Assembly: GCA_047495785.1 (NCBI GenBank)
Contig: JBLDXI010000048.1
Coordinates: 868,001-932,000 of the forward strand
Direction of reading: 5' to 3'
DNA: 64,000 nucleotides
Origin: Lepidodermella squamata
Lineage: Eukaryota > Animalia > Gastrotricha
A program made the position numbers and the translations under genes. The notes under the pieces were generated by a model that had not been told where the DNA came from, made no database searches, and worked only from the letters and a program-made list of their open reading frames with translations. This document shows positions 26,926 through 36,923 of the stretch, piece after piece (position 1 is the stretch's first letter; each line of letters opens with the position of its first letter).

Positions 26926-27685
26926 CCGTAACGAGTGGTAACTTTGGACAAAACGTGTTTTTCAAACATTAAAAATCAGCCTTTGCTCCTAAATTTCTGA
27001 AATTTTTACCAAAGGTGGGGACGGTGATTCTTGAATTTACTGCAAATTTTAAAATTTGTGAGAATTTTACCTGACCTTTGGCTAATTATTATGTGTTCCG
27101 GTAACTTTGGACAATTAGAGGGTAGCTTTGGACACTCATTTGCATATGCAATTTCATTGGAATTTCATTGTGAATTATCTGTTTTTCATGGTTTTTCATT
27201 TAATCTTGGGTCAGATTTCGAAAAAAATTATGAACAGATGGCGCATCATCTGTTCCTCGAAAAATACGTTTCTGCGCAGCAGCATACTTAACCCGTCCAA
27301 AAGTGTCCAAAATTACCCCAATTTTCACCTGTTTTTCAGGTAAATGCCCTGCTAAAACGCGTCGACGGATTGCCATTTTATCTTCGATTATAGGGATAGT
27401 ATAGATAGGAGAATACTCATGCCAACTTTCATTGAAAACTGATCGATTATTAGAAAGATAGAAGGGGGGTCCCAAAACGGCACCCAAAGTCTAACTGCTT
27501 GTAACTTTTTCTGAAATTCGATTTCAGCGCCAATCGCCTTGATTTTTATTTCAAACGGAAGCTGAAGAGACGGGGAATTTTATGCAAAAACCCCCATGAT
27601 TTAAACGTTCAACCCTGAAAAGCTAAACACCTGCAAAGCCGAAAGTGTCCAAAGTTACCGTGTCCACAATCACCACACGTTACGG
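26926..27685. mobile_element. Tc1/mariner/pogo-type MITE with TA TSD
   Basis: TA|CCGTAACGAGTGGTAACTTTGGACA ... TGTCCACAATCACCACACGTTACGG|TA; internal copies of GGTAACTTTGGACA in both orientations. Confidence 0.8.
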
Positions 27686-28870
27686 TATCAACAAATTATT
27701 ATTTAATTAAAAATGTACAACTAACTTATTTAGCAGGGTCCAAAATTACGGTCTACAAACGAGGGAGTTCTTTTAAGGAGGGTGCCACTAACGAGGGAGC
27801 ACTGTATTATTTTAACCCATGAAACGAGCGAAGCGAGAAATTTTTCGATTTTTTCGGTTAAAAAGGGTTCCAAACCCTCCTAAAATTGACTATTTACTGT
27901 CGTTACTTCTATTTTAGTTCGATCGGTTTTCTTCCCATTATCACATTGTTATCTGGCTCAAATACGGGCTCTTTACTTACGCCACATCTAAAATTCTCGA
28001 AACTCAGAAAAATATCAAATTTGCAGTTTTTGGCAACATAATCGAAAAGCTCGCTAGTCGCAGCAATGTTCGTAGTCAGATCGATTAGCAATGCTGGATT
28101 TCTAAAAGTAACTTTTTTACCGCCGGCCATTTTGGTGGCTGGCAAGCTACGGCTCCGGCCGCAGATATCTTGTCGCGCGATTTTATTATTTGCTCTTGTC
28201 GGTAACATTTCCAATTCCATTTCGGTAAAAATCAATTCATGTAACGATTAGTTATTGTTGTGATTCATGATATTGTTGTTCATGTTTGTTTGGCATTTGG
28301 CCATTGTAGTATCAGCTCATTCATAACTTGGCTTCTATTGCGTTTCCCTCATTAATCATAGCTGTGGCCTATAATAAGGCGTAGATGTATCATTTTCAGT
28401 ATTCTGGTTATTTTCAATGAAATAATAAAGCATCAATGAAACGATGAAACATTGACTCTTCATGACAATTCAAGACGCTACTAAGCAATGCTGGAACTGA
28501 CAGGATTGAGAAAAAAGTGCTGCATATCTGAACATTACCAGTAATTTGGGCCGTACACATACCAGCGAAGCGGGAATTTTGTTTTTAATTCACCCCAGGT
28601 CTGAAATCTCATTAAAATGGCAAGGCAATGGTATAAGTGAGATGAAGCGAAGCATTGCTCAAACAATTGTTTCTATACAACTACTAGTAGGGTCGATCGT
28701 CTAACCTTTAATCAGCCACCGTTGCATAATCACTTATACAACCTTAAACCCGGAGGCGAGCGCAGATTTAGCGGTGTGGCGACAAATCGGTGCGCGACAA
28801 GAAAGTCCGTAAAGATTACGCCCCGAAAATTCAGTCCGGCGTCAAGTTATCCCTAAAACTCCATGGAGCA

Positions 28871-29115
28871 AGCGATTCCTCAACTTGAACTTCCCAGGCC
28901 GCTGGATCGGCCGTCGAGTCGTCGTTAATTGGCCAGCCAGGTCTCCAGACTTTACACCACTAGACTTTTTTCAAGGGTTTTTTGTGTCAAGGACAGTGTT
29001 AACGCCACAAAACCGCGAAGCAATAAATAATAATAGCAAACGAAAAATCGAGCGGCATTAGCTGATGTGCCGTTAGAAATGTGTCAGAAAGTTTGTCTAA
29101 AAGGGCGGCATATTT
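28871..29115 (+). mobile_element. Tc1/mariner-superfamily transposase C-terminal remnant
   Basis: RFLNLNFPGRWIGRRVVVNWPARSPDFTPLDFF, then frameshifted KDSVNATKPRS...VPLEMCQKV; matches the WPxxSPDLxPxD catalytic motif. Confidence 0.85.
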
Positions 29116-29725
29116 TTGACTCAAACTTCTAATTCCCCATCAAATTTAAAGAAATAAAATTTAGACTAATTTTTAAGGACAATGTACTGAATGCAGTACG
29201 CTTGTGATTTTAGGATACGCAGTACACATCGATGGATGCTGTCGAAACCGTGCATAAAAATCGAACATTCGAAAACTCTGGATGACAGGTCGACGTTACA
29301 GGCATGAAGCTCGCCTACGCTGCGTTTCGCCGTGAAATCGCGTATCGCGTCTAAAAGCTATCGACCTGCCGCATTTGACTGCGCCGCAGCTCAACAACGA
29401 AGAGTTGTTTTTCGTCGACAGCTCTGACGACGCAAGTTTTACTCCAGGCGTCGATACTGGGGAGGCGAAACCGCACAATAGCGATGCTCTGGACGTTCAT
29501 GCAGCGGCAAAGCATCGCATTTAAGGCATGGTTATGAACATGCCGGAAGTCGGCGATGCTTTCGCGAACCCGGTTTGCGAACGAATCCAACGAAACGATG
29601 CAAAGTTTGGTAGGAATGAAACCCTAATATCAGATATCATAACTGATAACAGTACATGCGATTCTTTCCTACTTCTTTTGTAATTTTCCCGAAGAAAATA
29701 AATTTTCCATTCATCCTAGATTTTA

Positions 29726-30966
29726 TTAAACTAATTTTTGTACATTTAAGCAATAACGCAGAAGCAACAGTAGTCGAACAGAAGCAACAGAAGCAACAGT
29801 TGTAGTCGATGATGAAGTGGTCGATGATGTACTGGTTGAGGGCGTGGTTGTTGGGGTAGACGTGGTTTTTGGGGTAGTTGTAGTTGTAGTTGACATTGTC
29901 GTGGGACTGGTAGTGGTTGTTGAGGTTGTCGATGGCGTCGTGGTAGTCGAGGACGTCGAAGCGCTCGCACTCAGTTTCCAAAAGTAGAAATTCCTGTTGT
30001 ATGTGTGGCCATGTTGATAAGTACAGAAGTTGTTGATACGCAGTTTCACAGTCCCAGTAGTCCAGATTGCGTTCATCCCAGTTATATTCACATGATCAAC
30101 ACAAACTTTGGCCTGCAGGGTGCTCAACGGCGCCATCGCGACAGTCAAGCTCTCTCCGAAGACTTGGATTATCAGGCGGAAGCGAGCAGTTCCCGAGGAA
30201 TCAAACAGCCCAGTGCCACAACCTGGGGCTGACGTTGCAACTATCGGAGAGCATGGTGCTTCACATGCTGAACTGATTGTTGTGGGGCTGTAAAGTATTC
30301 GCATCCTTCCACCGTTCATCAGTTCTTGCCATACGGTGAAACCACGGTGATTTGACATCGTATCCACGCAACCACTATCATCGACGACTTTATAGGGGGA
30401 TAATGACCAATTAAAAATGAACTAGAGGAGAAATCAAGGCAAACTAACGCGGATAATACGGCGAGGTGCTCGAGAACATAACTCCAAGCCAACCAGGCGT
30501 ACTGCTGGTGTATGTCCCGTCGTAACTAGCGGTAACATCCATCTCGGCACGCCAATCCGTAGTCGTTATAGGGAATTTCTTTCAGACCAAAATTGAACAG
30601 CATCGAGTCAATTATCGTAAAAACTCACGTTTATTCCAGTAATCCGTCCGGAGTCGAGCGGGTCAGTGATGTTTCCAACTTGATAAGAGTCGGACAATTG
30701 ATACGCGTCATCGTAAAGCTTGAATGTCTGTGATCCAGCTACGCTCGAGTTCGCCTGGTCGAACGACATGTTGGCTAAATACAACGCAGATCCAGAAAAT
30801 AGATACGGCAGGGGAAAAGTTGCCGTATCTGGCAAGGGGGTTATTTGAGAATCTGTTAAACAAAATCAGTAGACAGTATTAGACGAGAACCTTTTATGAA
30901 GGCGTTAGCCTTACCGACTCCACTAGCATGAGTGATCACGCATATCAGAAGCGCGAAGAACTTCAT
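29726..30966 (-). CDS. Secreted protein, unknown globular domain + Thr/Ser mucin tract (4 exons; C-terminus probably derived from a rearrangement junction)
   Basis: MKFFALLICVITHASGV signal exon; three short GT-AG introns give a continuous frame (LPYLFSG...RITGIN|KFPITTTDWRAEMDV...CVDTMSNHRG...STTTTP tract). Confidence 0.7.
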
Positions 30967-31572
30967 TTCAAATCTTTAGCTAATCTGATAGTATTAGTGT
31001 TTGAGAGCAAATGGTTGAGAATCTATGCCAGGTACGGCAATTTCTGCAACAAGACAGAATTCAGCTGCAAAGGTTTGCTTCAATTTCAGCTTCAGCTACA
31101 ACTTCAAGTGTGCGTCACCATAGAGAATAGAGTTACCAGAGATGAATTTCCTATTGGAAACTTGAAGTTTTAATTCGTTTGCCGATTTTCGTAAATTTTC
31201 ATTATGGCGGATCTTTTTGAAACTCGCGCATACATGTTTACATGTAAAAAATGGTGTTTTACACGCGCTATACCCACTATCCCTCATCATGAAATTTTTA
31301 TTTTTTTATTTTAATCGATGGGGATTGGTTTCAACTTCAACCAGTTCAAAGGAATCGGCTGGGAAATGAATGGTTTTGACGCAATAGCGGTTTTCCCGAT
31401 GGTCACTTTTTGGGGTTCAAAAATAGGTGTTTTCGGCTTGACCCCACGGCCATATCCTTGATCGGACTATCGTTTTCTTTGGTGGAAATGATAGAACTGA
31501 GTCCATATAATCACCATGTAAAATGGGTTGTTTACCAAAGTCACCGTTCAAAAATTATTCATTGCTTTAATA

Positions 31573-32415
31573 GTCTACGACAACAACCACGCCCTCAACC
31601 AGTACATCATCGACCACTTCATCATCGACTACAACAACTACTACTCCGACAACCTCGACCTCGACTACAACCACAACCCCTACTACATCAACATCGACAA
31701 CGAAAACAACGACAACCCCGTCGACTTCTACATCCACTACTACTACTACTACTCCAACTACCACATCAACTCCAAAGGCTCGGTACGTGGTCCCAGAGCC
31801 GGATGTCCAGTCGATGGCATTGCCTTATCTCTGGTCTGGCCATCCGACTTATCTCGGTCATCTGTCCTATGACACGAATTCAACAATCAACGCAACGGCT
31901 AAGTTTATTGTCAGTGGGAGCGCAACGAGCGACAAAACTGGGGTGATTCTCAATTCCTACCCAACAGCTGACTATGGATCGGCATAATTGGACAAAATGA
32001 TGCCACCGGAAATGGGATCCATGCCATTCCGAGCTGAAATGGATGTAAACTGCAGATACGACCCAACGGGAGCTACCTATGGATACCTCGTCTTTGCTAT
32101 CACCGGCCATCCAGCAGACGTCAGTAAGTCAACATGAATACTCTGATATAGCTATTTTGTAAAACAATTCCGGAAGGTATGAGCATGGCAGGTCGTAAGA
32201 AACGGGCCATAGCTAGTCCTGATACCTTCGACAACTAAGTATGACGGACTTCACCTGGCCCTTCAAATTGGTATAGGTGGGAAGTTGTACCTATCCTACG
32301 ATGCAAATGTGGCCAATATCAGCCAAACCGTCCCACTATCGTACGACTATCACTATCACGAACGTTTTCAACAGTTCGGGGACAGCATATTTCAGAATTA
32401 TAGTTCAAAGCGTTA
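31573..32415 (+). pseudogene. Headless Thr-rich tract + second copy of the same globular domain
   Basis: Starts in the middle of the mucin tract; ALPYLWSG...FRAEMDVNCRYD is homologous to LPYLFSG...WRAEMDVTASYD of 29726-30966; in-frame TAA at 31985-31987; no upstream signal exon found on +. The 3' end is approximate. Confidence 0.6.
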
Positions 32416-32810
32416 ACGATCTGGTCTCTGTAAGTAATTGGTTCGAAATTTAACTGGCTATATAATCTCAGACGTTTGTTTCCCTCAAGGTCGCCCTTGT
32501 TTCTCTACCCGAAGACAGCAACGCAAATCCTTTGATCATTTTGTCAAATGCCGATGCAAGTGGGCTAATCACAAATCAAATTGCAAAAGGCAATGCTAAT
32601 ATCATGCTGTATGGAATTATGAGACTCAAGGAGATGCTAGCATTTCAAATTTTCGTTTATGGGAATTGGAGCCATCTGAGTCAACGACTAACCTACCTAC
32701 AACGCTCGGTGCCAGGACTTATGATTTCATAACAAACAGCTCGGAGTTTCTGATACCAAATTGATCAACGGCAATATCGTTCCTTTGCTCGAGATCGACG
32801 ATTTGAAACC

Positions 32811-33260
32811 ATGCAAAAATTTAGAAACGGCAAACAGGTTTATCAGGAACTACAAGTCATATTTGGACGTATTTTCAAACAGATGTTTTTAAACAGATCG
32901 CCAGCTTTTGGAACAAAGATTTTCCTGACCCTTGAAATGGATCAGCTGAATGATATCGACCCCCAGCAGGTTAGGCAAATCTCGATCTCAGGAAGTGTTG
33001 TAGTTCAGTGGGTCGTTAACGACTGCCCAAGTGAGACTACCGCTCCGGCAGTAAATGATGCAGATCGCATCTATGCGGTTGACAGACGCCAGCTATGGGT
33101 ACCCAGCTTGCGATTAAATCTCCGAAATTCTTCATCGCAGAGGGCTGAATGTAAGATGAAAGGCGCTATGAGCGATGTAAGAATTTATATTCGAAACATT
33201 GCTGATGTTTCGTATCAAATGCCGCTGAGAGAACTCGGCAAATTAACCCTTTGCGTGTAA
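32811..33260 (+). pseudogene. Fragment resembling a Cys-loop ligand-gated channel/AChBP ligand-binding domain, truncated
   Basis: LTLEMDQLNDIDPQQVRQISISGSVVVQW...QLWVPSLRL resembles the LBD beta1-beta2 and WxPD region; no Cys-loop or TM helices follow. Confidence 0.45.
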
Positions 33261-33415
33261 TCCAAAAATTGGGCAAGATAGAGTGAGCATATGCTACCAA
33301 TCGTATGTATCTTTCGCACGCAATATATCTCACTTCGAGCTCATTTGAATGAATTCTCACTACGAATCGACAATGAAGACGGCTAGCTGACAGCTGAAAG
33401 CTGAAATCAGCTCAA
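33116..33415. repeat. Direct duplicate of 23048-23335 (acid phosphatase 5' end and upstream region)
   Basis: Near-identical run AAATCTCCGAAATTCTTCATCGCAGAGGGCTGAATGTAAGATGAAAGGCGC ... GAATTCTCACTACGA in both places. Confidence 0.9.
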
Positions 33416-33601
33416 CATACTTCAACTTGCGTTTCATTCCAGAATTCACTTCAAAAGCAAGAAGCAAGGTCGTCAATCAGCTTTAATCTTAAACTTTTTG
33501 ATGAAAAATATTCACTGAACTCCTTTTCCAGCTAATTCTGGCTTCAAAGTAATTTAGAGTCTCTACACAGTTTATTCTGTCTCAATTAAGATACCACGAA
33601 A

Positions 33602-35395
33602 TCAAGGGCAAAGCTCTGATAGATGTTTAGTGCAGTCTTGCAAATTGGCGCCTTTCGACGAGAGGTATTCGAAAATTTCGACTTGTCTTCCCAGCGCTGC
33701 CATCAAAACCGGCGCTTTACTGCCACCTTGATAGGCATCAACATCAGCCCCATTCTCAATTAACAGTTTCACCAATTCAAGGCTGTTAATCGAAACAGCT
33801 TTTTGAAGGAGTGAAGTCCCTCCAGTCGTGCAATCATTCACATCCGCGCCTAGATCAACCAGGATTTTCGCCATATCGTAATTACCTTTTTCAAGGGCTA
33901 CCATAAGTGGAGATCGACCTGAATATGGCGTCTTTGCATTTACATCAGCTCCAGCCTTGACCAAAATGCTAATCATTTCAGATCGGTTGTAGTTAGCAGC
34001 ATAATACAGCAATGAATGTTCCTGGTATTCAACTTCGAATTTCGCGCCATTCGCTAGGAGTCGTTTCAAGATATCCAGCTCGCCACTTCGAATAACAGTA
34101 AGTATTATCAAAGCGCTTCTCGGTCTTATTTCCAGAAAAGGATCATTCTCGAGCAGATAGGTAACAACCTCACGCCTAGCGTACACAACCGCGAAATACA
34201 AAGCTCGAGTTCTTGTTTCCTCAAAATAATCAGAAGCTTTCAGTTTTTTTAATTCATCCATATCCCCTCTAGCGCAAGCTTCGATAAAACTACCAGAATT
34301 ATGCGGAACTAGAGTTGCGTTGATAGATTCAAGATATTTTACCACGTCTGAACAGCCAATATGGGCAGCTCGAAGTGCCGGTGGATATCCATCTGAATCG
34401 CCTAAACTAACATCCGCACCCCGTTCGACAAGCAGCTTTACCATGTCTAACTTGCATGAACTCGCAGCATAATATAAAGCAGTATTGTTCGTAGCGTCCC
34501 GCTTGTTAAGGTCCTTCTTAACAGTTGAGAGAGCTTCGACCATTTCATAATCACCCATTGCGGCTGATTTTATCAGAAGTGTCCGACCGTCGTAATAGTC
34601 GTATATATCAGTCGTAGCTCCAAGCTTCAGCAACAGTTTTACAGCTGTGATTTGACCCTCTTCGACCGCATCTTTCAGGGGCGTCGATTTGTAATCAGCC
34701 TCCACGTTTAAATCGACTCCTTTCGAGACAAGATATTCAATTACGTCGATTCGACCCTTGGCAGCAGCGGCGTGAATCGCGGTTCTATCATTGTAGCTCT
34801 CTTTAGCACTCAAGTTGAAACCTCTCTCAGTTAACAGATTTAGGACATCAATGTGACCATTCCCAGCCGCGGCTAATAAAACGGTGTTATCATAGCTGGA
34901 GAGGGCTCGATTATCCAGGTATAATTTGACCAGATCTGTTTCCCCATTCGCAGCTGCCCAATCTAGAGAAGTATATCCGCCGTAATCTTGATCACCAGTG
35001 CTAATGTTCACGCCCTTTTCCAGGAGAAATTTGGCGAATTCAAGCTTTTCCATAGAGTTTTTACCGTCTTTTGTGGAACATGCGGTAAATCGAAGGAGGA
35101 AACTCGTTCGGCCAGCAACACCGTCTTTCTCACCACACATGAACAGCACGCCACTGAAGGTCCAATTTGGGTCGAATTTTCCATCAGTTATCACGTTGAT
35201 GTGAGAAATGATGCGACTAGCTTTGGCTACATTAGGCTTATCCCCGCACAAGTGCATTAGATCTAAATACAGATCATTGACAGGAACGCTAAGATTGAAA
35301 GGTTCATTTTCCAGCTTAGCTTGGCTCAGCTGCCGCTTGAAGCAGCATTCAGCCAGATGAATGCTGAATAAGCTGAGGCATATTATGGCACGCAT
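33602..35395 (-). CDS. Intronless ankyrin-repeat protein with N-terminal signal peptide (597 aa)
   Basis: MRAIICLSLFSIHLAEC signal-like N-terminus; more than 10 ankyrin repeats (e.g. RTAIHAAAAKGRIDVIEYLVSKGVDLN, RSPLMVALEKGNYDMAKILVDLGADVN). Confidence 0.9.
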   Translation of the reverse strand: MRAIICLSLFSIHLAECCFKRQLSQAKLENEPFNLSVPVNDLYLDLMHLCGDKPNVAKASRIISHINVITDGKFDPNWTFSGVLFMCGEKDGVAGRTSFLLRFTACSTKDGKNSMEKLEFAKFLLEKGVNISTGDQDYGGYTSLDWAAANGETDLVKLYLDNRALSSYDNTVLLAAAGNGHIDVLNLLTERGFNLSAKESYNDRTAIHAAAAKGRIDVIEYLVSKGVDLNVEADYKSTPLKDAVEEGQITAVKLLLKLGATTDIYDYYDGRTLLIKSAAMGDYEMVEALSTVKKDLNKRDATNNTALYYAASSCKLDMVKLLVERGADVSLGDSDGYPPALRAAHIGCSDVVKYLESINATLVPHNSGSFIEACARGDMDELKKLKASDYFEETRTRALYFAVVYARREVVTYLLENDPFLEIRPRSALIILTVIRSGELDILKRLLANGAKFEVEYQEHSLLYYAANYNRSEMISILVKAGADVNAKTPYSGRSPLMVALEKGNYDMAKILVDLGADVNDCTTGGTSLLQKAVSINSLELVKLLIENGADVDAYQGGSKAPVLMAALGRQVEIFEYLSSKGANLQDCTKHLSELCP

Positions 35396-35665
35396 TTCAA
35401 ACGAGTAGAAAAAGAGGGGTTAAAATATCCAGAGCTGTTATATTATGCCATCTGATGTACTCCATTTTATAGCCCATTCATTAGAGTTAATTATGTGAAT
35501 GCAATGATAATAACCTGCTATAATGCTTCTGACTGTATCAAGCATTGAACCGCAAGTATTGGATTTGCGCTACAGTGATGGAGTCCGGCAATTGAATTTA
35601 CATTACGAAAAGTGAATGCGTACAGTGAAAAAATAACACTAAAAACTAAATCGGTTCAAAACGAT

Positions 35666-36242
35666 CATAGAGAAAAAATGACCAGAGAAAGCACTCAAGC
35701 TAAAATTTCTAAATCCTCATTTTAGTTCAAAGTTGACTTTCCTAAAACGGGTATCTCCGTTTTCTACCAAATTTTGCATGCCTATGGAACGCGAGCTGCT
35801 CTTTCACTTGGTATAAGCAGTGCTCCGAGTACGGGGGGTAAGGGGGGTAAATGACCCCCCCCCCCCTGGCGTTCGAAAATCTCAGAAAAACGTAAGGGTC
35901 CCCCCTGTTGATTTGTAAATTTTGGGCTCAAAATGCTCGATTTACCCCCCTCAGAGCTGAACTTAGTCGGATCACTGGGTATAAGATTTGAGGTGGGCAA
36001 CCCAACCGTTGATACGATACAAAAACCTCGTTTTCACTATGGTTTTACTTATTTTGATGATATCAAGACTGAGCAGCAATTGCCCACCTCAAATCTTATA
36101 CCATGTGAAAGAGCAGCTCGCGTTCTATAGGCATGCAAAATTTGGTAGAAAACGGAGATATCCGTTTTGAGAACGCACTTCTATAATAATGGAGATCAAT
36201 ATTTTAGCTTGAGTGCTTACTCTGGTCATTTTTTTCTCTATG
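35666..36242. mobile_element. Foldback MITE with long TIRs, CATAG termini, 8-bp TSD (P- or hAT-like)
   Basis: TSD AAAACGAT at 35658-35665 and 36243-36250; arms CATAGAGAAAAAATGACCAGAG... / ...CTCTGGTCATTTTTTTCTCTATG. Confidence 0.88.
35818..35977. mobile_element. hAT-type MITE (160 bp) nested in the left arm of the 35666-36242 element
   Basis: TSD GGTATAAG at 35810-35817 and 35978-35985; TIR CAGTGCTCCGAGTA / TAGTCGGATCACTG. Confidence 0.88.
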
Positions 36243-36254
36243 AAAACGATGTAA

Positions 36255-36840
36255 CTCAGGCTCCAATCCGCCTTTTATTAATCATTTCTTCATCAATGCC
36301 ATCTAAAATTAAGGGCGGTTGCTCGGGAAAATCTTTCGTTAAGGCATTCAAGCTCGCACCTTTCGACTTCAAATATTCGAATATTTCAGTTCTTCCACTC
36401 TACCATTAAAAGCCGGGTCGAGATGATTTCATCGCAGAATGATCGTTCTCAAGCAGAAATTCAACAACGTCACGTCTAGAATAGACAACTGCGAAATACT
36501 AAGCCCGAGCTTTGGTTTCTTTTGAACACTCAAAAGCTATCAATGTCTTCAGTGCATTAACATCAACTCTAGCACAAGCTTCGATAAAACTACCAGAACT
36601 CGGCGGAACTAGAGCTGCGTTGATAGATTCAAGATATTTTACCACGTCTGAACAGCCGATTTGAACAGCACGATTTCCATCTGAATCGCCTAAACCAGCA
36701 TCCGCGCCACGTTCGACAAGAAGCTTTACAATACCAAGACAGCAACAATTCGCCGCGTAATAAAGCGCGGTTTTGTTGCTGAAATCTCGCTTGTTAAGGT
36801 CTATCTTCGCGAGCGATGATGCTTCGACCAATACCAAGTC
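36255..36840 (-). pseudogene. 5'-truncated, internally deleted paralog of the ankyrin gene
   Basis: DLNKRDFSNKTALYYAA..IGCSDVVKYLESINAALVP..SGSFIEACAR matches the intact gene; stop in RA*YFAVVY; jumps to the C-terminal GRTEIFEYLKSKGA. Confidence 0.85.
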
Positions 36841-36923
36841 ACATTTCACCCAATGCACTTTATACCTGAATATGTGAGTTTTATTGGCAGGATTTATTTC
36901 GTCACGAAAATAATCACATAAAA

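Noticed and set aside
29637-31946. His/Asn/Tyr-rich, Gln/Pro-rich and poly-Val ORFs in the track
   Set aside because: Alternative frames and strands of the Thr/Ser mucin tracts.
31985-31987. In-frame stop as a possible readthrough or genetic code variant
   Set aside because: TAA, TAG and TGA all end intact genes in this window; the fragment is better explained as a pseudogene.
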